From contig WLXD01000005.1 of NCBI GenBank assembly GCA_012103255.1, positions 202,560 through 266,559 of the forward strand: DNA of 64,000 nucleotides, in the 5' to 3' direction. The notes beneath the pieces are model-generated. The model made no database searches. It was not told the origin of the DNA and saw only the letters and a program-made list of their open reading frames with translations. Source of the stretch: Acidobacteriota bacterium (lineage in GTDB: Bacteria; Acidobacteriota; UBA890; WLXD01). A program made the position numbers and the translations under genes. Below are positions 19,176-28,505 of this stretch, in pieces; position 1 is the first letter of the stretch; each line of letters opens with the position of its first letter.

Positions 19176-19855
19176 CGGGATGCCTCGTAGAAGCGCGCGA
19201 GAGTTAGTGGGCTCATGCCGAGCGCGTGGGCCGCGCGCAGGAGCCACATCTTCAGGATGGTCCGGACCGGGCCACATTGCTCCCAGCGGCGAGCCGACGT
19301 GACGACGGTGTCGTTGAGCCGCGCGACCCTGCCGGTGCGTCGCAGTTGAGCGCTAAACTGGACGTCTTCGAAGAGCGGCAACGGCGGGAACCCGCCGAGG
19401 TGGTCGAAAACGTCTCGCCGGACGAACATGGCCTGATCGCCTGTCGCAATCCCGGTCAGCCGACTACGGATCGTGATCATGCGGCCGATAAGGCCGAGAA
19501 GAGGGCGAACCGAGTTGAGTCGCAGCCGAAAGAATCCGCCTGAGGCACCATCATCAATGGCGGCACGGATGCTCTTGAGAGCCCCTGCGGGCAGTTCGGT
19601 GTCGGCGTGAAGAAACAGAATGATCTCTCCGTCGCCCAAGGCGGCACCCGCGTTCATCTGACTGGCGCGGCCTCGAGGAGCTGCGGCGTAGGGGAGTCCT
19701 GAGCTGCGCAGGGCGCTAGCGGTTCCATCCGTGCTCATGCCGTCGACGATCACGACGTCGGTCGCGGCCGCGGCATGCATGTCACGGAGTCGATCGAGCA
19801 AGAGCGGCAGAGCGCTCGACTCGTTGTGTACGGGGACCACGACGTTTACGCGCAA
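19172..19855 (-). CDS. family-2 glycosyltransferase (GT-A fold)
   Basis: Only the C-terminal ~230 aa of the 540-aa ORF-track entry is protein-like: RVNVVVPVHNESSALPLLLDRL ... DVVIVDGMSTDGT ... ILFLHADTELP. The upstream part is antisense to rnz. The start is tentatively TTG 19855; an alternative is ATG 19969. The stop TGA overlaps the LptFG start. Confidence 0.6.
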   Translation of the reverse strand: MRVNVVVPVHNESSALPLLLDRLRDMHAAAATDVVIVDGMSTDGTASALRSSGLPYAAAPRGRASQMNAGAALGDGEIILFLHADTELPAGALKSIRAAIDDGASGGFFRLRLNSVRPLLGLIGRMITIRSRLTGIATGDQAMFVRRDVFDHLGGFPPLPLFEDVQFSAQLRRTGRVARLNDTVVTSARRWEQCGPVRTILKMWLLRAAHALGMSPLTLARFYEASR

Positions 19856-19978
19856 GACGATCCGCAGCGTTGGTGGAGGAATGTGCCGGATGCGGCACGC
19901 TGTGATTCTAGCAGTCACCGCTGGGGCAGTCCGTGACGACACGCCCGGATCGAGGGGGTGCGTTACCATCCGGCGATC

Positions 19979-20878
19979 ATGTTTCGGGCCGTAGTTCTGG
20001 GCAGCGGCGCTTCGCTGCCAACGCTCCAACGCCAGACTGCCGCTGTGGCGGTGCAGTATGAAGGCGACGTCTATCTGTTTGATTGCGGCGAAGGCACGCA
20101 GTTGCAGTGGCGTCGCGCCGCGCTGCGCTTTGGGCGACTGCGTGGGATCTTCATCTCGCATCTGCACGGCGACCACCTGAACGGTCTGGTAGGCCTTCTG
20201 CAGACGCTCTCGCTGGGCGATCGGGACGAGCCGCTTCGTCTTTTCGGGCCGCCCGGAATCGAGGCCTACTGGAAGGCGATCCAGCGCTATCAGGGCGTTC
20301 GACTCGGCTATCCTCTCGAGATTGTCGAGAGCGAAGGCGGGGTTCTCGTCGAAGGGCGCGGCCATGCGATCGAGTGCGCTCTGCTCGATCACGGCATACG
20401 GACGCTGGGCTTTCGACTGGCCGAGGACGAACGACCCGGGCGCTTCGACCCGGTCGAAGCCGAACGTCTCGGGGTGGCGCCGGGCCCGGACTTCGGGCGG
20501 CTTCAGAGCGGGGAGGCCGTTGACGGGACGTCCGGGACGGTCTTGCCGGAACAGGTGATGGGACCAGCCCGTCCGGGTCGGAGCGTCGCATACACCGCGG
20601 ATACCCGGGCTTGTCCGGCAGTTGTAAAACTGGCGCACCAGACGACGCTGTTCCTCTGTGACTCCACATTCGGTTCGGAGCTCGAACGCGAAGCCGCGGC
20701 GCGTGGGCATTGCACCGCCGCGCAGGCCGCTCGGATGGCTCATGAGGCCGGAGCGGAAAGGCTCGTCTTGACCCACATCTCTGCCCGCTACCACGACACG
20801 CGACCGCTGCGCGCCGAGGCCCGGGAGATCTTCAAGAACACCGAGGTCGCCAGAGACCTCATGGAGTACGGGCTATGA
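19979..20878 (+). CDS. rnz: ribonuclease Z
   Basis: MFRAVVLGSGASLPT ... FDCGEGTQ ... ISHLHGDHLNGLVGLL is the RNase Z (ElaC short form) signature. The ORF track starts at 19958, 7 codons upstream. Confidence 0.85.
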   Translation: MFRAVVLGSGASLPTLQRQTAAVAVQYEGDVYLFDCGEGTQLQWRRAALRFGRLRGIFISHLHGDHLNGLVGLLQTLSLGDRDEPLRLFGPPGIEAYWKAIQRYQGVRLGYPLEIVESEGGVLVEGRGHAIECALLDHGIRTLGFRLAEDERPGRFDPVEAERLGVAPGPDFGRLQSGEAVDGTSGTVLPEQVMGPARPGRSVAYTADTRACPAVVKLAHQTTLFLCDSTFGSELEREAAARGHCTAAQAARMAHEAGAERLVLTHISARYHDTRPLRAEAREIFKNTEVARDLMEYGL

Positions 20879-21384
20879 CGGCGGACTTCGATACGGACGC
20901 GAACACCACTCCGAGGGACGCGAGACCAATGTCGGGGTCTCAGGCGAGCATGACGGAGATCGTGATGCCGAACGACGCCAATCCTCACGGGTCGGTAAGC
21001 GGTGGCCGTGTGCTCCATCTGATCGATATTTGCGCTGCGGTCGCGGCGTTGCGTCACGCACGCCGCCCGGTGGTGACCGCCTCATTTGATGATGTGGCAT
21101 TTCTCGCACCGGTTCCCATTGGACATGTTCTCTTGCTGGACGGGCAGGTTACGGGTGTCGGGCGAACCTCGATCGAGGTCCGGGTCGCCGTGCGCGGTGA
21201 GAACCCGGTGACCGGTGATCTTCGCCACACGACGACGGCGTACGTGACGTTCGTTGCGCTCGATGACGCGGGCCGGCCGGCGACCGTCCCTGGACTCGTG
21301 GCGTCGACCCCCGATGAGGAAGCGACTCTGGAACGGGCGCGCCAGCGCCGCTCGGCGAGATTGGATCGCATTCACCGCGACTGA
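20875..21384 (+). CDS. acyl-CoA thioesterase, hotdog fold (YciA/4HBT-like)
   Basis: IVMPNDANPHGSVSGGRVLHLID ... resembles the YciA-type motif (ANxxGxxFGG). The size is about 170 aa. The start overlaps the rnz stop (ATGA). Confidence 0.7.
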   Translation: MTADFDTDANTTPRDARPMSGSQASMTEIVMPNDANPHGSVSGGRVLHLIDICAAVAALRHARRPVVTASFDDVAFLAPVPIGHVLLLDGQVTGVGRTSIEVRVAVRGENPVTGDLRHTTTAYVTFVALDDAGRPATVPGLVASTPDEEATLERARQRRSARLDRIHRD

Positions 21385-21506
21385 GCACCGGGGCGTTTGT
21401 GGCCCTCGGACACCCGAGCTAGACTCGAATAGATCGATTTTCTGCGCCCTGGCGCGTGCCTGCGCTGGCGCTGTTTTATTCCGTGGCTACTCCCAGGAGA
21501 GAAGGC

Positions 21507-22280
21507 GTGCGCATTGCCGTCTGCATGAAAGCCGTTGTCGACTCCCAGGCTCGCATCGAGCTCGATGGGGACGGCAACTTGCGTCAAGATCAGTTGCGCT
21601 TCGAGGTCAACGAATACGACCTCTACGCGGTCGAAGAAGCGATTCGACTCGCCGAGAGCGATGAAGGTCACGTCACGGTGATCTCGGCAGGGACTGCCGA
21701 CGCCGTCCAGGGACTCCGAAAGGGGCTTGCCATGGGAGCGGCCGACGCGATTCACGTCGATTGTGATCCCGACGACCTGGACGCCAGCGGCGTTGCCGCC
21801 GTGCTGGCGGCTGCGCTGCACGACGGCGGCTACGATCTCGTGCTCGCTGGGGTCGAGTCGGACGATCTCGGTGGCTCTCAGGTGGGCGTGCTGCTCGCCG
21901 AGGCCCTGGGGTACGCGTCGACGACACTCGTCGTAGGGACGAACGAGCCCGTTGATGGCGCGATGCAAGTTCGGCGCGAACTCGAGGGCGGCGAGCACGC
22001 GAACGTCCAGGTGCAGTTCCCAGCTGTGCTCACGATTCAGAGTGGTATCAACGAGCCGCGCTATCCGAGTCTCAAAGGGATCATGGCAGCGAAGCGCAAG
22101 GACCTGGCGGTGAAGGGCCTGGCCGATCTTGGCTTCGACGGAGCGCCGGCGCGCCGCGTCGAATCGCTCGGCCTCACCATCCCGCCGCCGCGTGAGCTTG
22201 CGCGGATGCTGGAGGGCGGTGCGGAAGAGACTGCCGCTGAACTTGTGCGGATCCTGCGCGAAGAGGAGAAGGCACTATGA
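21507..22280 (+). CDS. etfB: electron transfer flavoprotein beta subunit
   Basis: The start is re-assigned to GTG 21507, preceded by AGGAGA (21495-21500). VRIAVCMKAVVDSQARIEL ... matches the EtfB/FixA N-terminus (MKIxVCxKxVPD). Confidence 0.85.
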   Translation: MRIAVCMKAVVDSQARIELDGDGNLRQDQLRFEVNEYDLYAVEEAIRLAESDEGHVTVISAGTADAVQGLRKGLAMGAADAIHVDCDPDDLDASGVAAVLAAALHDGGYDLVLAGVESDDLGGSQVGVLLAEALGYASTTLVVGTNEPVDGAMQVRRELEGGEHANVQVQFPAVLTIQSGINEPRYPSLKGIMAAKRKDLAVKGLADLGFDGAPARRVESLGLTIPPPRELARMLEGGAEETAAELVRILREEEKAL

Positions 22281-23227
22281 GCCGTTCGATCTGGATCGTT
22301 GCTGAGCATCAGGACGACAACCTCCATACCGGCGCCGCCGAACTGGCCGGCGCCGCCCGGAGTGTGGGCGATCATGTAGCCGCCGTCGTCTGCTGCGAAG
22401 CTGGCAGCACGGTGCCGGCACAAGCCGCACCCTTCGTCGATCAGGTGCTTGTGATAGAGAATGCCGCGCTCAGCGGCTACACCGCAGGGCTCTGGGCACA
22501 GGGAATTGTCGGTCTTGCCAAGGAGAGCGCACCGGCCGCGATCCTGTTGCCGCATGCTCCGCTTGGGCGCGACCTCGCTCCATTGCTAGCGGCGCGGCTC
22601 GATGCAGGCCTGCTGACTGATTGCCTGGAGTTGCAGTGGGAGGAGGGGCTCGTTGGCCTGCGTTCGGTGCATCGGCGCAAGCTAGTGTCCCGCGAGCGGG
22701 TTGCAACACCGATCGCAATCGCGACCTGCCAGCGGGGCGCGTTCGCCGCATCTCCAGCCGGTGATGCAGCGGCAATCGAGACCGCGTCGGTTGCGATTGA
22801 TGACACCGCGGCCCGCACGCGGCTCCTGTCCATGGAGCGCGCCGAGGTCGGAGAGGGAAGTATCACCGAAGCCGAAATCGTCGTCGCTGGCGGACGTGGC
22901 TTGGGCGATGCGGAGAAGTTCGCCCTGGTGCAGGAACTCGCCGACGCCGTGGGTGGCGTGATGGGCGCCAGTCGACCTGTGGTGGACCAAGGCTGGGTGC
23001 CGCACGATCGGCAGATCGGCTCCTCAGGCGTCACCGTGCGCCCGCGACTGTACTTCGCACTCGGCATTTCCGGCGCTGTGCAACACGTTGTCGGGATGCG
23101 CGAGAGTGATGTGATCGTAGCGATCAACAAGGATCCCAAGGCGCCGATCTTCGAATACGCGCACTATGGAATCGCGGACGACGTGTTTAAGGTTGTCCCG
23201 GCGGTGATCGCGAATCTGAACAGCTAG
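22277..23227 (+). CDS. etfA: electron transfer flavoprotein alpha subunit
   Basis: IWIVAEHQDDNL ... and the C-terminal FAD-binding region (...SRPVVDQGWVPHDRQIGSSGVTVRPRLYFALGISGAVQHVVGM...) match EtfA. The start overlaps the etfB stop. Confidence 0.85.
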   Translation: MSRSIWIVAEHQDDNLHTGAAELAGAARSVGDHVAAVVCCEAGSTVPAQAAPFVDQVLVIENAALSGYTAGLWAQGIVGLAKESAPAAILLPHAPLGRDLAPLLAARLDAGLLTDCLELQWEEGLVGLRSVHRRKLVSRERVATPIAIATCQRGAFAASPAGDAAAIETASVAIDDTAARTRLLSMERAEVGEGSITEAEIVVAGGRGLGDAEKFALVQELADAVGGVMGASRPVVDQGWVPHDRQIGSSGVTVRPRLYFALGISGAVQHVVGMRESDVIVAINKDPKAPIFEYAHYGIADDVFKVVPAVIANLNS

Positions 23228-23278
23228 TCCGTGGCAAGACGCGGCGGCGGTTTGGCGGATCCGTCCTATCGCGACGGG

Positions 23279-23791
23279 CTAGTCGCAGAGAAGCGAGTCT
23301 AGCCAGTGTGCCAGGGCGCGTTCATCAGCCAGACCGACCACGCTATCTGGCCGCTTCGGGTCGAGGGTCATTCCCGCGATCTTCTCGCCCCAGCCTCCGG
23401 CGGGGAGGTACGCGGCGAGGCGCCGTCCCTCCTGCCAACTGTGTGCGATCTCGCTCAAAGTGCCGGCACCGCCGCCGACGGCGACGACCGCGTCAGCCGA
23501 GAGTACGATCGGCAGGTTGCGGGCGTGCCCGATTCCCGTGGCGATTACGACCTCGGCCCAGGCGTTCGCGGACGAGGTGTCAGTGCCTGGAAGGATGGCC
23601 ACCGTACGCGGCGTCGGCCCGGACGGCGCGTTGACCGCGCCCCGGCACGCTGCGGACATCACACCGCCCAGTCCGCCACAGACACCTGCGAAACCAGCGA
23701 CGGCGATCGCGGCGCCAACATCCTCCGCGTGCGCGGTGAGGGCGTCGTCGGCAGCTCCACTGCCAATGACGGCGATCATACGTCGTCGCAT
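23279..23791 (-). CDS. TIGR00725/SLOG-superfamily (LOG/DprA-like Rossmann) protein
   Basis: IAVIGSGAADD ... AGFAGVCGGLGGVMSAACRGA ... TVAILPG ... VVAVGGGAGTLSEIAHSW is the TIGR00725/LOG-like pattern. The start ATG overlaps the ligase stop (TGATG). Confidence 0.7.
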   Translation of the reverse strand: MRRRMIAVIGSGAADDALTAHAEDVGAAIAVAGFAGVCGGLGGVMSAACRGAVNAPSGPTPRTVAILPGTDTSSANAWAEVVIATGIGHARNLPIVLSADAVVAVGGGAGTLSEIAHSWQEGRRLAAYLPAGGWGEKIAGMTLDPKRPDSVVGLADERALAHWLDSLLCD

Positions 23792-25423
23792 CAGGGAGCC
23801 TCGCCCCCGGGTGTGCGCGCGCGGCGGTACAGCCGGTCGAGGTCAGCAACGGTACTGATGTCGTCGATCTCGAGGTCCTGCCGCCAGCGGACAATGCGTG
23901 GAAACCGAAGGGCGAAGCCTGCGGGATGGCGCCGACTTATTTGCACATCGTCGAACGCGACCTCGAGAACGATGTCGGGGTGTACCCGGCGCACCGACCC
24001 TGTGGTGCGCTAGCGTGTTGTCCTTGAAATGGTCGGTTAGCTCGCGGATCTGCTGATCCGTCAGGCCGCTGTAGGCACGCCCGGCGTCGATCAACTCGCC
24101 CTCCTGCCGTACTGCGAAGATCAGGTCCGAGAGCATCCCGGCGCGCTTGCCTCGGCCCCACTCCGCGCCCGTGACGACTACATCCAGAGTTCCGAGTGGC
24201 CGCTTGAGTTTCACCCACGCCCGCCCACGCCGACCAGGTTGGTAGGTGCTCCCGGGAAGTTTGAACACAGAGCCCTCATCACCGGCACCTGTCGCCGCCT
24301 CGAATGCCTCGGTAACACTCTGGCGGCCCTCGATCTCTTCCCACGGCGCCCGGCGGACGGGCCCGTCATAGGGAAGCACGCCCGAGAAATTCCTTGCGTT
24401 GCGTGAGCGGTTGGTCGATCAGGTCTTCGCCGTCGGCTCGAAGGGCGTCGAAGGCCAGGAACACGACGGGAGCATCGAGGAGCAGCGTGAGTGGCACCTC
24501 CTTACGTCCGAGGCGCCTCTGCAGCGTGCCGAAGGAAAGCGCTTGTCCCTCGTACCAGGCAACAACCTCGCCGTCGAGGATCCACTCGCCGGACATTCCT
24601 GGTGGCGTCATTCGGACCTCGGGGAAGAAGTGTGTGAAGTCCTCGAGCGCTCGGGAGTAGACGCGGACCACACCATCGCGAAGGTGCCACTGAGCCCGAA
24701 TGCCATCGTATTTGTGTTCGGCGACAATCGGGCCCTGCAGGAGTTGGCACACCTCTTCAGCCGATGTGGCTGGATTGGCGAGCATGACGTGAATGGGTCG
24801 ATGTGCTCGAAGTGTGATGTCACGGAGTGCGTTCGTGGCGGCACGCTCTGCAGTTGTGCCGATGTCACCGAGGAGCATGTGAGCTCGGCGAATGTCGTCG
24901 AGCGGCCTCGCAAACGCCATCGCGAGCGCCTCTTCCACGCGCGCGGCCTGCATGCCGGTTCGCAGCGATCCGAGGAGGAGCTTGGTGAGATACTTGGCCT
25001 CCATGGGGGTGGCCCGCTGGTACAGACCGCGCAGGCGTCGTCCGCGGTGCATGCGGGCCAAGCTCGCCGAGCTCTGCGAGCGACACAGCGACCTCGTCCA
25101 GGCGTAGCTGTTCTACCTCCGGCCGTTCGATGCCGGCCAGAATTTCTGCCACGGCGACGCCCAGGTCGCCGCGCGTGGTTGCCTTGCGCAGCAATGTTGT
25201 GCGCTCCGCGCCACTGAACGCCGCGACGATATCGACGACCGTAGGACCGTCCGACTTTCGTCGCCGGCGTACCGCGGGGCAGGGGAGTGCCGGCAAGGAA
25301 ACGAGCCGCGACCGCCACGGTTCCCTGCGGCTGGCTGGCCAGGTAGGCAGCTGCTGCCTGCACCTTGTTTTCGGTGCTCGTGTGGCCCGCAATCGTCTCG
25401 AACGTGAGAGCAAGAGCTCGCAT
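23791..25423 (-). pseudogene. ATP-dependent DNA ligase (LigB-type, ~540 aa) broken into at least five reading-frame segments
   Basis: The ligase-like segments lie in different frames. In order along the minus strand they are:
- N-terminal DNA-binding-domain-like MRALALTFETIAGHTSTENKVQAAAAYL... (frame of ORF 24608..25579).
- ...PTVVDIVAAFSGAERTTLL... (frame of ORF 24865..25413).
- The adenylation domain with the KxDGxR motif EHKYDGIRAQ, plus YLTKLLLGSLRTG (ORF 24366..25061).
- The OB domain with RAWVKLK and LDVVVTGAEWGRGKRAG (ORF 23843..24379).
- The C-terminal FALRFPRIVRWR (ORF 23791..23994). Confidence 0.7.
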
Positions 25424-25482
25424 GTCGCCGGACTCTAGCGGCCGTGTCGGATGGGTGCAAACACGGCCGGAAGACGTGGGGC

Positions 25483-26877
25483 CTAGAGGCCGCCGCCGGC
25501 GATTGCTGCCGCGCGCGTGGCCCGGCCATCCTGCAGGCGCTGCATGGCGTCGTCGCGCTGCGCAACGAAGCGGCCCCAATGTTCGCTGGGAACAGGATCC
25601 GCCGCGGGGAATTGCAGTCGAAGCGGGTCAACGTAGTTGCCGCCCTGGAGCAATCCATAGTGCAGGTGATAGCCCGTGGCGTTGCCGGTCTTCCCGACGT
25701 AACCCAGTACCTGCCCCTGCCTGACTTCAGATCCCGGACTCACGCCGTCGGCAATCCGCGACAGGTGCATGTAGATCGACGAGTACGACCCACCGTGACG
25801 CAGCTTCACATAGCGTCCTGGCTCGGCGCCGTAGCGTGCCTCGAGTACCACGCCGTCCGCGGTCGCCTGGACGGGCGTCCCGGGGTCCGCGGCATAGTCG
25901 ACGCCACGATGTGCGCGGGCCACGCCGGTGACCGGGTGGACTCGGCGGTTTGAGAACCGCGAAGAGATTCGCGAGTACTTCACTGGCGATCGGAGAAAAG
26001 CTCGCCTGAGCGACTCTCCATCGGGCGTGAAGTAGCTCCCGATGCCGTCCGGATCGCGGAACCGGACGACCGGCAGTGTACGGCCGTTGACCTGAAACTC
26101 CGCCGCAAGGATTTCGCCGTAGCCGATGAACTTGCCTTCGACGTAGCGTTCTTCGACCACGAGATCGAGCCGGTCGCCGTAGCGCAGGTCGTACTGGAAG
26201 TCGACGTCCCAGCCGTAAATGTCACCGATCTTGGCCACGAGATCGGCCACCGCCGCATTGGACGGCGCGAACTGAGCAAGAGACCGGTGCAGACTGTCGG
26301 CGATTTCCGCCGAAACATAGCTCGCCCTTGATTCGATCGGAATCGCGACCTGGGTGGCGACCCATTCGGCATCGCGACGCGCTACGAACCAGGCGGTCTG
26401 ACGCTCGAACTGGTAACGGAACCCGATCAACTGCTTGGCCGCGTCGAAGTAGAGCTGGTACTCCTGGCCGGGCCGGATGCGCCGAACATTGATGGACTCG
26501 GTCACCACGTCCAGCAGGTTGCCCAGATCGGACCCGGAAACGCCGGCGCCTCGGAGAATCCCGTCGAGTGTGCTCCTGGACCTGAAGCGCGCGCTGACGG
26601 CTCGGTCGGCGTCTACGGCAATGGACTGCGGCCACGGTAGCGGTAGATCTGGCGTGGCCATCACCGTGCCTTGTACGGCGAGCGTCGGTTGCGTGGCCTG
26701 CGTGAATCCAACGGACGGAAGATAGGGGACCGCGAGCAGGAGTCCCCAGATCGCGAGAAGCCCACCCAGAACCGCGCGCGGGTAGGGGATCGGCAGCACG
26801 CCGTCCTCGGGGACGTAGCGCAGGCGCAACCTGAAGCTGCGCGGCGATTGCACTGTGAGGCGGAGTTTGAGACTCAA
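25483..26877 (-). CDS. M23 family metallo-endopeptidase (LytM/NlpD-like) with an N-terminal TM helix
   Basis: The C-terminal HRGVDYAA ... GRYVKLRHGGSYSSIYMHLS ... GNATGYHLHY carries the HxxxD and HxH zinc motifs of M23 peptidases. Confidence 0.85.
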   Translation of the reverse strand: MSLKLRLTVQSPRSFRLRLRYVPEDGVLPIPYPRAVLGGLLAIWGLLLAVPYLPSVGFTQATQPTLAVQGTVMATPDLPLPWPQSIAVDADRAVSARFRSRSTLDGILRGAGVSGSDLGNLLDVVTESINVRRIRPGQEYQLYFDAAKQLIGFRYQFERQTAWFVARRDAEWVATQVAIPIESRASYVSAEIADSLHRSLAQFAPSNAAVADLVAKIGDIYGWDVDFQYDLRYGDRLDLVVEERYVEGKFIGYGEILAAEFQVNGRTLPVVRFRDPDGIGSYFTPDGESLRRAFLRSPVKYSRISSRFSNRRVHPVTGVARAHRGVDYAADPGTPVQATADGVVLEARYGAEPGRYVKLRHGGSYSSIYMHLSRIADGVSPGSEVRQGQVLGYVGKTGNATGYHLHYGLLQGGNYVDPLRLQFPAADPVPSEHWGRFVAQRDDAMQRLQDGRATRAAAIAGGGL

Positions 26878-27124
26878 GGCGCCGTTAGAAAGCTGGGCCC
26901 GCGGGGGCGGATTCAGGGTCCTCGGAACTCCGACCTGAGGGCGATCGAAGCGTCCCGGAAGAGCCGCGCCATTATATGGGTTAGAGGGCGGGTCGCCAAA
27001 CCCGCGTTTGACGGGTCATGACCTCGGGAGGGTGGGGATTGCGCCGGTTGGGCCGTACTTGTTTCAATGAAGCGGACTTGCGGCCGTGAATCACAATTCG
27101 GCCGCCAACTGAGCAGGAGCAGGA

Positions 27125-28341
27125 ATGACGACGGGTAGGGGTGTGATCGTGTCAGTCGTGGCATCCGTGATGGCGATCCACGCGCCAGCGGCAGTGCCTT
27201 CCATCGGAGGCTCGGTTACCGCGCAGGAGAGCACGGCGTTCGAGGAAATCATGCCCCTCGACGATTTCTCGCCCGCGATTCTCGGCATTTTCCGCAAGCT
27301 GATGCTTATCGAAGAGGATATCGAGCGCTACGCCTCGCGCTATCAGGTCGATTTCGACCTGGCCCGAGCGACCTGCATGTACGAGTCGGGCGGGAATGCG
27401 AATCTGACCTCCTGGGCTGGTGCGAAAGGCTACTTCCAGGTGATGCCGGCCACGTTCCGAGGCCTCAATGTCGATACCAACATCGAGGCGGGCATTAAGT
27501 ACATCGGCCAGCTCATCCGGCAATTCGAGCGCGAGGACTACGCGCTTGCGGCCTACAACGGTGGCCCAGGCAACGTCGGACGCGGCCGTGCGATGCGCCT
27601 CGAGTCGCTGCAGTACGTACTGGGCGTGGGCTACTACCGAACGATGTTGAAGTTGCACGGGCCATCGATCCGGCACCACGCCTCAGGTCTCGAGCTCACG
27701 GAGGTGCGTGACGGCGAGGAATGGTGGGATATCGCGGAGCGACTGAATATCTCGCTGCTCCAACTGCGCCTCCACAATCCGTACCTGGCCGTGCGTCGAC
27801 CGAAAGCGGGCCAGTTCATCGCGTATCCGCCGGTGCCGCGCGACAACCTGTTCGAGCCTCAGGGTGACCACTTGGAGTATCGGTCGCGGCTGGGCGACAA
27901 CTACTTCAACGTTGCTTTCACGCTCGATGTCGAACTGGACGACCTGCGTGCGGAGAACGAACTCTGGCACCTGCAGACACTGCCGACCGGTATGTTGCTG
28001 CGGATCCCGTTGACGTGGGAGGACGATCACAGCGTCCATCGGGTGCGACCTGGCGATACGGTGGCTGCGGTCGCCGAGGAATTCGAATCAACGCCATGGC
28101 GAATCTTGCGCGACAACGGACTGCTGTGGGACTCGACGCTGGATGAAGGCATGATGCTGCGGGTGCGCGAGGTCCCGAAGCCGCCGCAGTTCGTGACGCA
28201 CCGCGTTCGCAGCGGCGAGAACCTGTCGCGAATCACTACGGCACGACGATCGCCACGATCCAGGCAGCCAACGGCATGGGCCGCCGCACCGTGATCCGAA
28301 TCGGTGAAAGTCTGCGCATTCCGGCCGCAGCCGAGGAATGA
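27125..28341 (+). CDS. membrane-bound lytic murein transglycosylase with LysM repeats (MltD-like); C-terminal frameshift
   Basis: The SLT domain is MYESGGNANLTSWAGAKGYFQVMPATF. It is followed by LysM-like repeats (HRVRPGDTVAAVAEEFEST..., HRVRSGENLSRI...). The last LysM continues in the +2 frame (NHYGTTIATIQAANGMGRRTVIRIGESLRIPAAAEE*), ending at 28341. The frameshift is near 28236 and is consistent with loss of one copy of a GCGAATC direct repeat. Confidence 0.8.
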
Positions 28342-28410
28342 CCTCGACCCACTCGGGGGCAGAGGTTTGCGCTGAGGCTCGGAGTAACTCGCGGGCGCCC
28401 CATGGTCGTT

Positions 28411-28448
28411 CCGTGGGTGTCTTGATAAGGATTCTTATGGAAACTAAG
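28411..28448 (+). promoter_or_regulatory. AT-rich promoter-like element (TTGATA-17-TAAGAA)
   Basis: The local AT-rich island is gtgtcTTGATAaggattcttatggaaacTAAGAAat, upstream of the glycoside-hydrolase-like gene. This is a weak sigma70-type match only. Confidence 0.25.
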
Positions 28449-28481
28449 AAATCCAACAACCAAGGGTTGTTGCGGATTTTC
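28449..28481 (+). terminator. candidate rho-independent terminator / 5'-UTR hairpin
   Basis: aaATCCAACAACC-aag-GGTTGTTGcGGATTTT is an ~11-13 bp near-perfect inverted repeat with one bulge. It is followed by a T-tract and sits ~110 nt downstream of the lytic transglycosylase stop, inside a locally AT-rich patch. Confidence 0.45.
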
Positions 28482-28505
28482 CCGGAATCTGGACTGAGAG
28501 AGCGC

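Noticed and set aside
19856-20794. N-terminal two-thirds of the 540-aa minus-strand ORF 19172..20794.
   Set aside because: It is antisense to the well-supported rnz gene. Only the C-terminal ~230 aa (the GT2 domain) is protein-like. The GT2 start is placed at 19855, with 19969 as alternative.
24608-25579. ORFs 24608..25579(-), 24865..25413(-) and 24399..25217(+) as independent genes.
   Set aside because: The minus-strand ORFs are the alternative frames through which the fragmented ligase reads. Only short sub-segments of each are protein-like. The plus-strand ORF is antisense.
26878-27124. Structured element in the divergent M23-peptidase / lytic-transglycosylase intergenic region.
   Set aside because: Only short GC-rich stems (GGCCG-N13-CGGCC) and a TTGAC-like hexamer are present. 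They are too weak to call.
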